From NCBI GenBank assembly GCA_963771355.1, contig CAVYTA010000006.1:2176001-2240000 (forward strand): DNA of 64,000 bases, written 5' to 3'. Below, piece after piece: positions 1 through 9,419 of the stretch. Numbering within the stretch: the first letter of the stretch is position 1; every line of letters begins with the position of its first letter. The notes under the pieces were generated by a model. It did no database searches and was not told the origin of the DNA. It saw only the letters and a list, made by a program, of their open reading frames with translations. The stretch comes from an uncultured Candidatus Rokubacteria bacterium (GTDB taxonomy: Bacteria > Methylomirabilota > Methylomirabilia > Rokubacteriales > CSP1-6). Made by a program: the position numbers and the translations under genes.

Positions 1-1
1 C

Positions 2-1183
2 GGCGTCCTCTACCCGCTCTCCGGCAACGCGGCCCAGGTCGGGATCGACTCGGTGAACGCGGTCCGGCTCGCGGTGGACATCATCAACGCCAACCACGAT
101 CTCAACCTTCCCCTCGGGAAGGGCGAGGGCCTGCCCGGGCTCGGCGGCGCCAAGGTCCGCGTGATCTTCGTGGACCACCAGGGCAAGCCGGACGTGGGCC
201 AGGCCGAGGCCGAGCGCCTCATCACCCAGGAGAAGGTGCACGCGGTGTTCGGCGCCTACTTCTCGGGAGTGACCCAGACGGTGGCCCAGGTCGCGGAGCG
301 CTACGGCGTGCCTCACCTCAACGCCGAGTCGTCGTCCCCCCTGCTCACCGAGCGCGGGCTCAAGTGGTTCTTCCGGACCTCGCCGCACGACGGGCACTTC
401 AGCCAGGTGATGTTCGACTTCATCCGGGACCTCGAGAAGCGCCGCAACGTGAAGTTCAAGACCGTCGGCATCATGCACGAGGCGACGCAGTTCGGATCGG
501 ACTCCGCCAAGGTCCAGGAGGAGCTGGCGGCCAAGTACGGCTACGAGGTCGCGGTGAAGATCTCCTACCGCGACAAGGCCACCAACCTCGACGCCGAGGT
601 CGGCAAGCTGAAGGCGGCCAATCCCGACATCCTGCTGCCCTCGTCGTACACCAACGACGCCATTCTCTTCGTGAAGACGGCCAAGAACCTCGACTACAAC
701 CCCAAGCTGATCGTCGCGCAGAACGCCGGCTGGACGGACCCCACCTTCGTGCGGGAGATGGGCAAGGACGTGGAGGGGCATATCACCCGGGCGCCCTTCG
801 CCCTGGACATGGCGGCGAAGAAGCCGATGATCCGGCAGGTCAACGAGATGTTCAAGAAGCTGAAGGACAACTCCACCGGCCGCGACATCTCGGACGCGCC
901 CGCGCGCGCCTTCACCGGCTTCCTCACCCTGGCCGACGCGATCAACCGGGCGAAGTCCGTGAGCCCGGAGGAGATCCGCAAGGCGCTGGTGGCCACCAAC
1001 ATCCCCGGCGATCAGCTCATCATGCCGTGGAACGGGGTCAAGTTCGACGAGAAGGGCCAAAACACGGGCGTGCGCGCCATCCTCCAGCAGGTGCAGAACG
1101 GCGCCTACGCCACCATCTACCCCTTCGAGCTGGCGGCCGCCGACGCGACCTTCCCCCTGACGCCCTGGAAGGATCGCAAGTAA
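2..1183 (+). CDS. Branched-chain amino acid (Liv/HAAT-type) ABC transporter substrate-binding protein, 5' truncated by window edge
   Basis: Frame is open from base 2 (GVLYPLSGNAAQVG, typical N-terminal motif of LivJ/K-like proteins); first gene of a permease-permease-ATPase-ATPase operon. Confidence 0.9.
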   Translation, partial: GVLYPLSGNAAQVGIDSVNAVRLAVDIINANHDLNLPLGKGEGLPGLGGAKVRVIFVDHQGKPDVGQAEAERLITQEKVHAVFGAYFSGVTQTVAQVAERYGVPHLNAESSSPLLTERGLKWFFRTSPHDGHFSQVMFDFIRDLEKRRNVKFKTVGIMHEATQFGSDSAKVQEELAAKYGYEVAVKISYRDKATNLDAEVGKLKAANPDILLPSSYTNDAILFVKTAKNLDYNPKLIVAQNAGWTDPTFVREMGKDVEGHITRAPFALDMAAKKPMIRQVNEMFKKLKDNSTGRDISDAPARAFTGFLTLADAINRAKSVSPEEIRKALVATNIPGDQLIMPWNGVKFDEKGQNTGVRAILQQVQNGAYATIYPFELAAADATFPLTPWKDRK

Positions 1184-1199
1184 ACGGCGCTCCGCGCCC

Positions 1200-2066
1200 G
1201 TGACGCTCGAAGTTCTGCTGCAGGGCTTGATCGGCGGGCTCCTGATGGGGTTCGTCTATGCGCTCATCGCGGCAGGGCTGTCCCTGATCTTCGGGCTCAT
1301 GGAGATCGTGAACTTCGCGCATGGCGAGTTCCTCATGCTCGCCATGTTCGCGACGTTCTGGGCGTGGGCGCTCGCCGGGCTCGATCCCCTCCTCGCGCTG
1401 CCGCTCACCGCGGCGCTGCTCTTCGTGCTCGGGATCGCCGTGTACCACGGCCTCATCCGCTGGATCCTGGGCGCACCCATGCTGGCCCAGATCTTCGCCA
1501 CCTTCGGCCTCGCCGTCTTCCTGCGGTCCGCCGCGCAGGCCCTCTGGGGCGTGGATTTCCGGCTGGTCAAGGATCCTCTGGTGTCGGGACGCATCTCGCT
1601 GGGGGGGCTCTTCATCGGCCTGCCTCAGCTCGTGGCCAGCGTGGGAGCCCTGGCCGCCTTCGCCTTCCTCTACTGGCTCATCCGCAAGACGGAAACGGGC
1701 CGCGCGCTACAGGCCACCGCCCAGGACCGGCAGGCCGCGGCTCTCATGGGCATCGACACCCAGTGGATGTTCGCGCTCGGCTGGGGGATCGGCGCGGCCT
1801 GCGTGGGGGTCGCGGGCGCGCTCCTCACCATCTTCTTCTATGTGTTCCCGGACGTCGGCGCGTCCTTCGCGCTGCTCGCCTACGTGGCGGTGGCCCTCGG
1901 CGGCTTCGGCAACGTCCCGGGCACCCTGGCCGCCGGGGTGGTGGTGGGCGTGGTCGAGGTGATGAGCGGTCTCCTCATCGCGCCCACGCTCAAGTACGTG
2001 GCGGTGTTCCTGATCTACCTGGCGGTCGTCCTCTGGCGCCCCCAGGGTCTGTTCGGCCGCTTCTGA
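1200..2066 (+). CDS. livH: Branched-chain amino acid ABC transporter permease (LivH-like)
   Basis: GLSLIFGLMEIVNFAHGEF motif, hydrophobic, ends RPQGLFG. Confidence 0.9.
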   Translation: MTLEVLLQGLIGGLLMGFVYALIAAGLSLIFGLMEIVNFAHGEFLMLAMFATFWAWALAGLDPLLALPLTAALLFVLGIAVYHGLIRWILGAPMLAQIFATFGLAVFLRSAAQALWGVDFRLVKDPLVSGRISLGGLFIGLPQLVASVGALAAFAFLYWLIRKTETGRALQATAQDRQAAALMGIDTQWMFALGWGIGAACVGVAGALLTIFFYVFPDVGASFALLAYVAVALGGFGNVPGTLAAGVVVGVVEVMSGLLIAPTLKYVAVFLIYLAVVLWRPQGLFGRF

Positions 2067-3028
2067 TGCTCCCCGCGCTCCGGTGGGGCCTGGGCGCGCT
2101 CTCCCTCGCCGCGCTCCTCGCCGTCCCCTTCGTGGTCACCCAGCCCTATCCGCGGCACGTGTTCATCACGATCTTCCTCTACGCGACCCTGGCCCAGGCC
2201 TGGAATCTCCTCGCTGGCTACTGCGGGCAGATCTCGCTGGGCCACGCGGTCTTCTTCGGGACGGGCGCCTACACCTCCAGCGTGCTCGTGAAGGAGCTGG
2301 GGCTCACGCCGTGGGCCGGCATGGGGGTGGGCGTCCTGCTCGCGGTGGCGCTCTCGCAGGTGATCGGCTACCCGGTGTTTCGCCTGCGGGGCCACTATCT
2401 CGCCATCGCCACCATCGCGGTGGGCGAGATCGTGCAGACCCTCATGCTGAACTGGGACTGGGTGGGCGCCGCGCGCGGCTTCTTCGTGCCGATCAAGCGC
2501 CCCGACTCCTTCGTCAACTTCCAGTTCCATCAGAGCAAGCAGACGTACTACTACATCGCGCTGGGCCTCCTCCTCCTGGCCCTGGGCGTGACCCGCCGCA
2601 TCGAGCGCTCGCGCACGGGATTCTACTTCCGCGCCATCCGGGAAGACCAGGACGCGGCGGCGAGCCTCGGCATCCCGGTGGCGGCGTACAAGCAGCGGGC
2701 GATGGCCTGGTCCGCCGGGCTCACCGCCATGGGCGGGACGTTCTACGCCCAGTACATCCTCTTCATCGATCCGGAGTCGGTATTCCCGCTGTCGCTGTCC
2801 ATTCTCATCTGCCTGATGGCGGTGCTGGGCGGGGTGGGAACCCTGTGGGGGCCGCTGGTGGGCGCCGCCATCCTGGTGCCGCTCTCCGAGGGCACGCGCA
2901 TCTACTTCGGCGGCACCGGCAAGGCGATCGACCTCTTGATCTTTGGCCTGCTCATCATGCTGATCTCGGTACTCCAGCCGGGCGGCATCATGGCGCTCGC
3001 CCAGCGCGGGCGCCGGCGCACGGGATGA
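2066..3028 (+). CDS. livM: Branched-chain amino acid ABC transporter permease (LivM-like)
   Basis: ATG overlaps livH stop (TGATG); WNLLAGYCGQISLGHAVFFG and RLRGHYLAIAT motifs. Confidence 0.9.
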   Translation: MLPALRWGLGALSLAALLAVPFVVTQPYPRHVFITIFLYATLAQAWNLLAGYCGQISLGHAVFFGTGAYTSSVLVKELGLTPWAGMGVGVLLAVALSQVIGYPVFRLRGHYLAIATIAVGEIVQTLMLNWDWVGAARGFFVPIKRPDSFVNFQFHQSKQTYYYIALGLLLLALGVTRRIERSRTGFYFRAIREDQDAAASLGIPVAAYKQRAMAWSAGLTAMGGTFYAQYILFIDPESVFPLSLSILICLMAVLGGVGTLWGPLVGAAILVPLSEGTRIYFGGTGKAIDLLIFGLLIMLISVLQPGGIMALAQRGRRRTG

Positions 3029-3777
3029 CCCCGCCGCTCCTCGAGGTCCAGGGCCTCACCAAGCGCTTCGGCGGCGTCACCGCCAACCAGGAGGTGACGT
3101 TCCGCGTGGCTTCCGGAGAGCTCGTGGGCATCATCGGGCCCAATGGCGCGGGCAAGTCGACGCTCTTCGACCTCCTCACCGGCTTCCAGCGTCCGGACGC
3201 GGGCACGGTCGCGCTGGACGGCCAGGACATCACCGGGCTTCGCCCCGACGTGGTGAGCCGTCGGGGCGTCGGCCGCACCTTCCAGAAGCTCAAGCCATTC
3301 ACCGGCCTCACCGCGCTCGAGAACGTGATGGTGGGCGCCTTCCAGAAGACCACCGACCCGCGCGAAGCGCGGGAGCAGGCGCGCGCCGCGCTGGCCAGCG
3401 TGGGGCTGGGCGGCAAGGAAGATGCGCATGCGCGCGTACTCTCCACCGGCCAGCGCAAGCGCCTCGAGCTCGCGCGGGCGCTGGCCACGCGGCCGCGTCT
3501 CCTGCTCCTCGACGAGGTCACCGGCGGCGTCGACCAGGGCAGCATCCCCGGCCTGGTGGAGCTGGTGCGCGGAGTTCACGCGGAAGGCATGGCGCTGCTG
3601 GTCATCGAGCACAACATGCGCGTGATCATGGACATCTCGCAGCGCATCGTCGCGCTCCACCTGGGCGCGGTGATCGGCGACGGCCCCCCCGAGGCGGTGG
3701 CGCGCGACGCCCGCGTGATCGAGGCCTACCTCGGCCGCACCTACACGCGCGAGGCGCCGGAGGGTCCACGTGCTTGA
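3025..3777 (+). CDS. livG: ABC transporter ATP-binding protein (LivG-like)
   Basis: ATGA overlap with livM; Walker A GPNGAGKST, LLLLDE, IEHNM, VIEAYLG. Confidence 0.9.
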   Translation: MTPPLLEVQGLTKRFGGVTANQEVTFRVASGELVGIIGPNGAGKSTLFDLLTGFQRPDAGTVALDGQDITGLRPDVVSRRGVGRTFQKLKPFTGLTALENVMVGAFQKTTDPREAREQARAALASVGLGGKEDAHARVLSTGQRKRLELARALATRPRLLLLDEVTGGVDQGSIPGLVELVRGVHAEGMALLVIEHNMRVIMDISQRIVALHLGAVIGDGPPEAVARDARVIEAYLGRTYTREAPEGPRA

Positions 3778-4477
3778 GGCGCGCGGGCTCGACGTGCTCT
3801 ACGGGGACTACCAGATCCTCTGGGAGGCGGAGCTCCGCGCGGAGCCGGGCGAGGTGGTGGCCATCCTCGGCCCGAACGGCGCGGGCAAGTCCACCCTCAT
3901 GAACACGCTCTCGGGCCTGATCCGGCCCCGCCGGGGCAGCGTCACCTTCAAGGGACAGTCCATCGCGGGCCTGCCTCCCCACCGCATCGTCCCCCTGGGC
4001 ATCGCGCATGTGCTGGAGCGGCGCCGCCTCTTCCCCTTCATGACGGTGCGCGAGAACCTCCTCCTCGGCGGCTATCATCCCGCGGCCCGCGCCCGGCGCG
4101 AGGCGAGCCTGGCCGACGTCGAAGCGCTGTTCCCGTTCCTCCGCGCGCGCGCCGATCAGCTCGGGCATACCCTCTCGGGCGGTGAGCAGCAGATGGTGGC
4201 GATTGCGCGCGGGCTCATGGCCCGACCCGAGCTCCTCATGATCGACGAGCCCTTTCTCGGGCTGGCGCCGCGCATCGTCGAGCAGATCGCCGAGGTGATC
4301 CGTGCCCTCAACCGCGAGCGCGGCCTCACCGTGGTCTTCATCGAGCAGAACGTGGAGCTGGCCCTGGGCATGGCGCACCGGGGGTACGTCCTCGAGTCGG
4401 GCCGCAATGTTATTCAAGGCCCATCCGCTTCGCTCCTGGGCTCGCCCGAGGTCAAACGGATCTTCCTGGGTGCCTAG
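3770..4477 (+). CDS. livF: ABC transporter ATP-binding protein (LivF-like)
   Basis: GPNGAGKST, LSGGEQQM signature, DEPFLGLAP, EQNV. Confidence 0.9.
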   Translation: MLEARGLDVLYGDYQILWEAELRAEPGEVVAILGPNGAGKSTLMNTLSGLIRPRRGSVTFKGQSIAGLPPHRIVPLGIAHVLERRRLFPFMTVRENLLLGGYHPAARARREASLADVEALFPFLRARADQLGHTLSGGEQQMVAIARGLMARPELLMIDEPFLGLAPRIVEQIAEVIRALNRERGLTVVFIEQNVELALGMAHRGYVLESGRNVIQGPSASLLGSPEVKRIFLGA

Positions 4478-4498
4478 CCCCCTCCCTCCCCCTGCTTG

Positions 4499-4527
4499 TT
4501 GCGACCGGGGGTGCCGTATGTTAGCGT
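4499..4527 (+). promoter_or_regulatory. Putative sigma70 promoter for trxA-trpE operon
   Basis: TTGCGA (4499-4504), 17 bp, TAGCGT (4522-4527) with TG extended -10, in an AT-richer intergenic stretch. Confidence 0.5.
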
Positions 4528-4608
4528 AGCACTGCGATTTTATGGAACTCTTGCCCGCTGTTCTCACCTCATCCATCGCGGTCACCCCACCCAAGGAGAC
4601 CTACGCTC

Positions 4609-4935
4609 ATGGCGGATAATGCCCTGCACCTCACCGAGGCCAACTTCGACGTCGAGGTCGGCAAGCACGCCGAGGTCCTCATGGTGGACTTCTGGGCCGA
4701 GTGGTGCGCGCCCTGCCGCGCCATCGCGCCCACCCTCGACGAGCTGGCCCGCGAGGGCATCGGCAAGGTCAGCCTGGCCAAGGTGAACGTGGACGATAAC
4801 CCCGCCCTGGCGGCCCGGTACGGGATACGCTCGATCCCGACCATTCTTTTCATCAAGGGCGGGGCGGTGGTGGACCAGGTGGTCGGCGCGGTGCCCAAGG
4901 CCCAGCTCAAGAAGAAGCTGGACGCCATCGGCTGA
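4609..4935 (+). CDS. trxA: Thioredoxin
   Basis: VDFWAEWCAPC active site, IRSIPT, 108 aa, AAGGAG RBS. Confidence 0.95.
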   Translation: MADNALHLTEANFDVEVGKHAEVLMVDFWAEWCAPCRAIAPTLDELAREGIGKVSLAKVNVDDNPALAARYGIRSIPTILFIKGGAVVDQVVGAVPKAQLKKKLDAIG

Positions 4936-4951
4936 TCCGGCCACCCCTGCC

Positions 4952-6490
4952 ATGTCTCCGGCCGCGCCTGGCATCCCGCCGTTGTCCCCCTCGCGGGAAG
5001 AGTTCCGGGCCCTCGCCGCGCACGGCAATCTGATCCCCGTCTACGCGGAGCTGGCCGCCGACCTCGACACCCCGCTCTCGGCCTATCTGCGGCTCCGGCC
5101 CGGCCCCTATGCCTTCCTGCTCGAGTCGGTGGAGGGGGGCGAGAAGTGGGCCCGCTACTCCTTCCTCGGGTCGGACCCGCTCATGGTCTTCACCGCCAAG
5201 GGCAACCGCATCACCCTCCGCCATGCCGACGGGCGCACCGAGACCCTGGCCACCCAGAATCCGCTCGAAGGGCTGCGCGGGGTGCTCTCCCGCTTCACGC
5301 CTGTCGCGGTGCCGGGACTGCCGCGCTTCCAGGGCGGGGCGGTGGGCTTCTTCTCCTACGACATCGTGCGCCACGTCGAGCGGCTGCCCCGACACGCCAA
5401 GGACGACCTCCGGCTGCCGGACGCGGTGTTCATGCTCACCGACACCCTCCTCGTCTTCGACAACCTGCGCCACCGGCTCCTCGTGATCGCCAACGCGCAC
5501 GTGGAGGGGACCGACCCCGGCTCGCTCGATCGCGCCTACGACGCGGCCGCGGTGAAGATCGGCATGCTGCTGGCCAAGCTCGCGCGTCCGGCCCGCCCGC
5601 CCGCGCCGTTGACCGTCCCCGACCCGCAGCCCCTGGTGGCGCTCGGAGAGGACGGCTTCACGTCGACCATGGACGAGGCCACCTTCATGGAGGCGGTGCG
5701 GCGGACCAAGGAATACATCGCCGCCGGCGACGCCTATCAGGTGGTCATCTCCCGGCGGCTGGACACCGAGCTCAAGGCCGATCCCTTCACGGTCTACCGC
5801 GCGTTGCGCACCATCAACCCGTCGCCCTATCTCTTCCTCCTGCGCCTGGGCAAGACGAGCATCGTCGGCTCGTCGCCCGAGGTGCTGGTGCGGCTCGAGG
5901 AGGGCCGGGTGGAGGAGCGTCCCATCGCGGGCACGCATCCGCGCGGCGCCGACGAGGCCGAAGACGCACGCCTGGCCGACAAGATGACCGCGGATCCCAA
6001 GGAGCGCGCGGAGCACGTCATGCTGGTGGACCTGGGCCGGAACGACGTGGGCCGGGTGGCGCGGATCGGCACCGTCGAGGTGACCGAGTTCATGGTGGTG
6101 GAGCGCTACTCCCACGTGATGCACCTGGTCAGCCACGTGCGGGGACAGCTCGCCGCCGGCAAGGACGCCTTCGACGTGCTTGCCGCCTGCTTCCCCGCGG
6201 GCACGCTGTCGGGAGCGCCGAAGGTGCGGGCGATGGAGATCATCGAGGAACTGGAGCCCACGCGGCGCGGCCCCTATGGCGGCGCGGTCGGCTACATCTC
6301 GTACTCCGGGAACATGGACTCCTGCATCACCATCCGCACCGTGGTGTGCGACGGCCGCCGCGCCTCGATCCAGGTGGGCGCGGGCATCGTGGCCGACTCC
6401 GACCCCAAGACGGAATGGCTGGAGACCTGCTCGAAGTCGAGGGGCATGATCCTGGCCCTCCGCACCGCGGCCCAGGAGACGGGACGATGA
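4952..6490 (+). CDS. trpE: Anthranilate synthase component I
   Basis: LLES, NPSPY, PIAGT (anthranilate synthase type rather than PabB PIKGT), EHVMLVDLGRND, GAPKVRAMEII. Confidence 0.9.
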   Translation: MSPAAPGIPPLSPSREEFRALAAHGNLIPVYAELAADLDTPLSAYLRLRPGPYAFLLESVEGGEKWARYSFLGSDPLMVFTAKGNRITLRHADGRTETLATQNPLEGLRGVLSRFTPVAVPGLPRFQGGAVGFFSYDIVRHVERLPRHAKDDLRLPDAVFMLTDTLLVFDNLRHRLLVIANAHVEGTDPGSLDRAYDAAAVKIGMLLAKLARPARPPAPLTVPDPQPLVALGEDGFTSTMDEATFMEAVRRTKEYIAAGDAYQVVISRRLDTELKADPFTVYRALRTINPSPYLFLLRLGKTSIVGSSPEVLVRLEEGRVEERPIAGTHPRGADEAEDARLADKMTADPKERAEHVMLVDLGRNDVGRVARIGTVEVTEFMVVERYSHVMHLVSHVRGQLAAGKDAFDVLAACFPAGTLSGAPKVRAMEIIEELEPTRRGPYGGAVGYISYSGNMDSCITIRTVVCDGRRASIQVGAGIVADSDPKTEWLETCSKSRGMILALRTAAQETGR

Positions 6491-7068
6491 TCTTCGTCCT
6501 CGACAACTACGACTCCTTCACCTACAACCTCGTGCAGTACCTCGGCGAGCTGGGCGCCGAGGTGCGGGTGGCGCGGAATGACGCGGTCACGGTGGAAGAC
6601 GTGCTCGCGCTGGCGCCCGACGGGGTGGTCATCTCCCCGGGGCCGGGCCATCCCACCGCCGCCGGCATCACCCTCCCCCTCATCGAGCGGCTCCACTCGA
6701 CCACGCCCATCCTCGGCGTCTGCCTCGGCCATCAGGCCGTCGGCCAGGCGTTCGGCGGCACGGTGACGCGGGCGCCGGTGCAAATGCACGGCAAGACGTC
6801 GCGCATCCAGCACGACGGGCGCGGTGTCTTCGCCGGGCTCTCGGCGGGGTTCGAGGCCACCCGGTATCACTCCCTGGTGGTGCTGCGGGAGGGCTTCCCC
6901 GCCGACCTCGAGATCTCCGCCCGTGCCGAGGACGGCGAGATCATGGGGCTGCGCCATCGCCGCTACCCGGTGGAGGGCGTGCAGTTCCACCCCGAGTCCA
7001 TCCTCACCACCGAGGGTAAGGCCCTGCTCCGGAACTTCCTGGGCATGGTTCCTGTCGCCCAGCGGTGA
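6487..7068 (+). CDS. trpG: Anthranilate synthase component II (glutamine amidotransferase)
   Basis: ATGA overlap; DNYDSFTYNL, ISPGPG, GVCLGHQ, QFHPES. Confidence 0.92.
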   Translation: MIFVLDNYDSFTYNLVQYLGELGAEVRVARNDAVTVEDVLALAPDGVVISPGPGHPTAAGITLPLIERLHSTTPILGVCLGHQAVGQAFGGTVTRAPVQMHGKTSRIQHDGRGVFAGLSAGFEATRYHSLVVLREGFPADLEISARAEDGEIMGLRHRRYPVEGVQFHPESILTTEGKALLRNFLGMVPVAQR

Positions 7069-7126
7069 TGGGCGGTCCCGAGCCTCCAAGTCGCCGCGTC
7101 CCCGCTCTCGTCCGACGGGGGGCCCG

Positions 7127-8152
7127 GTGAGCGTGCGCGAGCTGGGCGAGCTGGGACTGATTCGCCGCATCCGCGAGGGTGCCCGGGGCGGGCCCGCCGC
7201 CGGGGTCCCGGTGGGCATCGGGGACGACGCCGCCGTGCTCGCGGTGACGCCGGGCGCCGCACTGCTGGCCACCACCGACCTCGTGATCGAGGACATGCAC
7301 TTCCGGCGCGCGTGGGCAACGCCGGCCGACGTCGGCTGGAAGGCGATGGCCGTGAACCTCTCGGACATCGCCGCCATGGGGGGCGTGCCGCGCTGGGCCC
7401 TCGTCGCCTTGGCCGTCCCCGCCGACACCCCCGCCGCCGACGTGGACGCTTTCTACGCGGGCCTGCGGGAGGCGGCGGCGCCTCACGAGGTGGCCATCGT
7501 GGGCGGCGACACGAGCCAGTCGCCGCGCGGCTGGCTCGTCAACGTGACCCTGCTCGGCGAGCACGCCGGGCGGCCGCGCCTGCGCTCCGCCGCGCGCGCG
7601 GGCGACGCCATCGCCGTCACCGGCACCCTGGGGCGCTCGGCGGCCGGGCTCGCCGTGCTCGAGATGGGGGCCGACGAGGCGCGGCGACATGGGGTGCCCG
7701 AGACGGTGATCGACGAGGTGACGCGGGCCCACCTCCGGCCGCGGGCCCGGGTGGTGGAGGGCCAGTGGCTCGGCGCCGCGCCCGCCGTGCACGCCATGCT
7801 CGACTGCTCGGACGGGCTCGCCACCGACCTCGGGCACATCTGCCGCGAGTCGGCGGTGGGGGCGCGCGTGACGCTGGATTTGGTCCCCATCGCTTCCGGC
7901 GCCGAGGCCGCGGCGCGGGCGCTGGGCCGCGAGCCGGTGCACTGGGCCACCGCCGGCGGCGAGGACTACGAGCTCCTGCTCACCTGTGATCCCGCCGACG
8001 TGGAGCGGCTGTCCGCCGACTTCCGGCGCAGCACCGGCACGCCCCTCACCGTGATCGGGAAGATCGAAGCCCCGGGGTCCGGCATGGTCTGGCTCGGCGC
8101 GAACGGGAATCCGGTGGCCCCGCCCGCGGGCTTCGAGCATTTCCGTGGATAA
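7127..8152 (+). CDS. thiL: Thiamine-monophosphate kinase
   Basis: GELGLI, GIGDDAA, NLSDIAAMGG, GGDT, DCSDGL, GGEDYELL; start (GTG 7127) uncertain. Confidence 0.92.
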   Translation: MSVRELGELGLIRRIREGARGGPAAGVPVGIGDDAAVLAVTPGAALLATTDLVIEDMHFRRAWATPADVGWKAMAVNLSDIAAMGGVPRWALVALAVPADTPAADVDAFYAGLREAAAPHEVAIVGGDTSQSPRGWLVNVTLLGEHAGRPRLRSAARAGDAIAVTGTLGRSAAGLAVLEMGADEARRHGVPETVIDEVTRAHLRPRARVVEGQWLGAAPAVHAMLDCSDGLATDLGHICRESAVGARVTLDLVPIASGAEAAARALGREPVHWATAGGEDYELLLTCDPADVERLSADFRRSTGTPLTVIGKIEAPGSGMVWLGANGNPVAPPAGFEHFRG

Positions 8153-9419
8153 CTTCCTCCTCCTCCAGCTCGCCTTCCTCGCCGCGCTGGTGCTCTGCTC
8201 GGCGCTGCTCACCGGCGCCGAGGCCGCCTACTTCTCCCTGGGCCGGTCGCGGCTCAAGCACCTCGCGGAGGAGCAGGGGCAAGCCGATCCGCTGGCCCCG
8301 CTCCTCCGCGAGCCGCACGAGCTGCTGGTGACCCTCCTGGTGGGCATCACCCTCATCAATATCGGCGCCTCCGCCCTGGCCGCCGCCATCGCCGAGCGGC
8401 TGCTGGGCCCGGTGGGCCTGCCCATCGCCATCGTGGCCATGGTCTTCCTGTTGTCCGTGTTCGGCGAGGTGCTCCCGATGACCCTGGCCGTCGAGCATCC
8501 CGAGCGCTTCACCTCCTGGGTGAACCGCCCCGTGATGTGGCTCTCCCGGGTGCTCGGCCCGGTGCGCATTCTTCTCGGGGCCTTCACCGCGCTCACCCTG
8601 CGCCTGGTGGGCTCCGAGCGCCGGGGAGACGAGCCCGAGATCACCGAGGACGAGCTCCGCACCCTGGTGGACGTGGGGGCGCGCGAGGGGGTGGTGGAGC
8701 GGACCGAGCGCGAGATGATTCACCGGGTGTTCGAGCTGGAGGACACCTCCGTGCGCGAGGTGATGGTGCCGCGTCCCGACATGTTCTGCCTGGACGTCGC
8801 GACCCCGCGCACGCAGATCCTCGACCTCCTCCGCGAGAACCTGCACTCGCGGGTGCCGGTATACGAGGGCACCGTGGACCAGATCGTGGGCGTGCTCTAC
8901 ACCAAGGAGCTCCTGCCCCACCTCCACGGGCTGCCCCCCGATTTCGACCTCCGCGGCCACCTCCACCCGCCCTATTTCGTCCCCGAGTCCAAGCGGGCGG
9001 ACGCGCTCCTGCGCGAGTTCCAGGCCAAGAAGCTCCACCTGGCGGTGGTGGTCGACGAGTTCGGGGGCACCGCCGGGCTGGTGACGCTGGAGGACCTGCT
9101 CGAGGAGCTGGTGGGCGAGATCCGCGACGAGTTCGACGAGGAGGAGCGCCTGGTCCAGCCCCTCGGCGAGGGCACGTTCCGCGTCTCCGGCAAGCTCAGC
9201 ATCGACGGCCTCAACGTGGTCACCGGCCTCTCCGTCTCCAGCGAGTCCTACGACACGGTGGGCGGTTGGGCGCTCGACCTCTTCGGCCGCGTTCCCAGCA
9301 AGGGTGAGCGGGTGGAGACACCGGACGCCATCGTGACGGTGGAGAAGGTCGAGCGGACGCGCGTGGTGGAAGTGGTGGTCACCCTCAAGAGCCCGCCGGC
9401 GCGGTCGGAGGCCGAGTGA
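8145..9419 (+). CDS. Hemolysin-family / CNNM-CorC Mg2+/Co2+ transporter (DUF21 + CBS pair + CorC_HlyC)
   Basis: N-terminal TM domain with FGEVLP, VREVMVPR, HSRVPVY, VVDEFGGTAGLVTLEDLLEELVGEIRDEFD. Confidence 0.9.
   Translation: MDNFLLLQLAFLAALVLCSALLTGAEAAYFSLGRSRLKHLAEEQGQADPLAPLLREPHELLVTLLVGITLINIGASALAAAIAERLLGPVGLPIAIVAMVFLLSVFGEVLPMTLAVEHPERFTSWVNRPVMWLSRVLGPVRILLGAFTALTLRLVGSERRGDEPEITEDELRTLVDVGAREGVVERTEREMIHRVFELEDTSVREVMVPRPDMFCLDVATPRTQILDLLRENLHSRVPVYEGTVDQIVGVLYTKELLPHLHGLPPDFDLRGHLHPPYFVPESKRADALLREFQAKKLHLAVVVDEFGGTAGLVTLEDLLEELVGEIRDEFDEEERLVQPLGEGTFRVSGKLSIDGLNVVTGLSVSSESYDTVGGWALDLFGRVPSKGERVETPDAIVTVEKVERTRVVEVVVTLKSPPARSEAE

Noticed and set aside
4542..4619. 25-codon ORF before trxA as a trp attenuator leader
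   Set aside because: No Trp codons, no RBS, no terminator hairpin, and trxA lies between it and trpE.
4952..6490. PabB (aminodeoxychorismate synthase) assignment
   Set aside because: Has PIAGT rather than the PabB PIKGT catalytic Lys motif.
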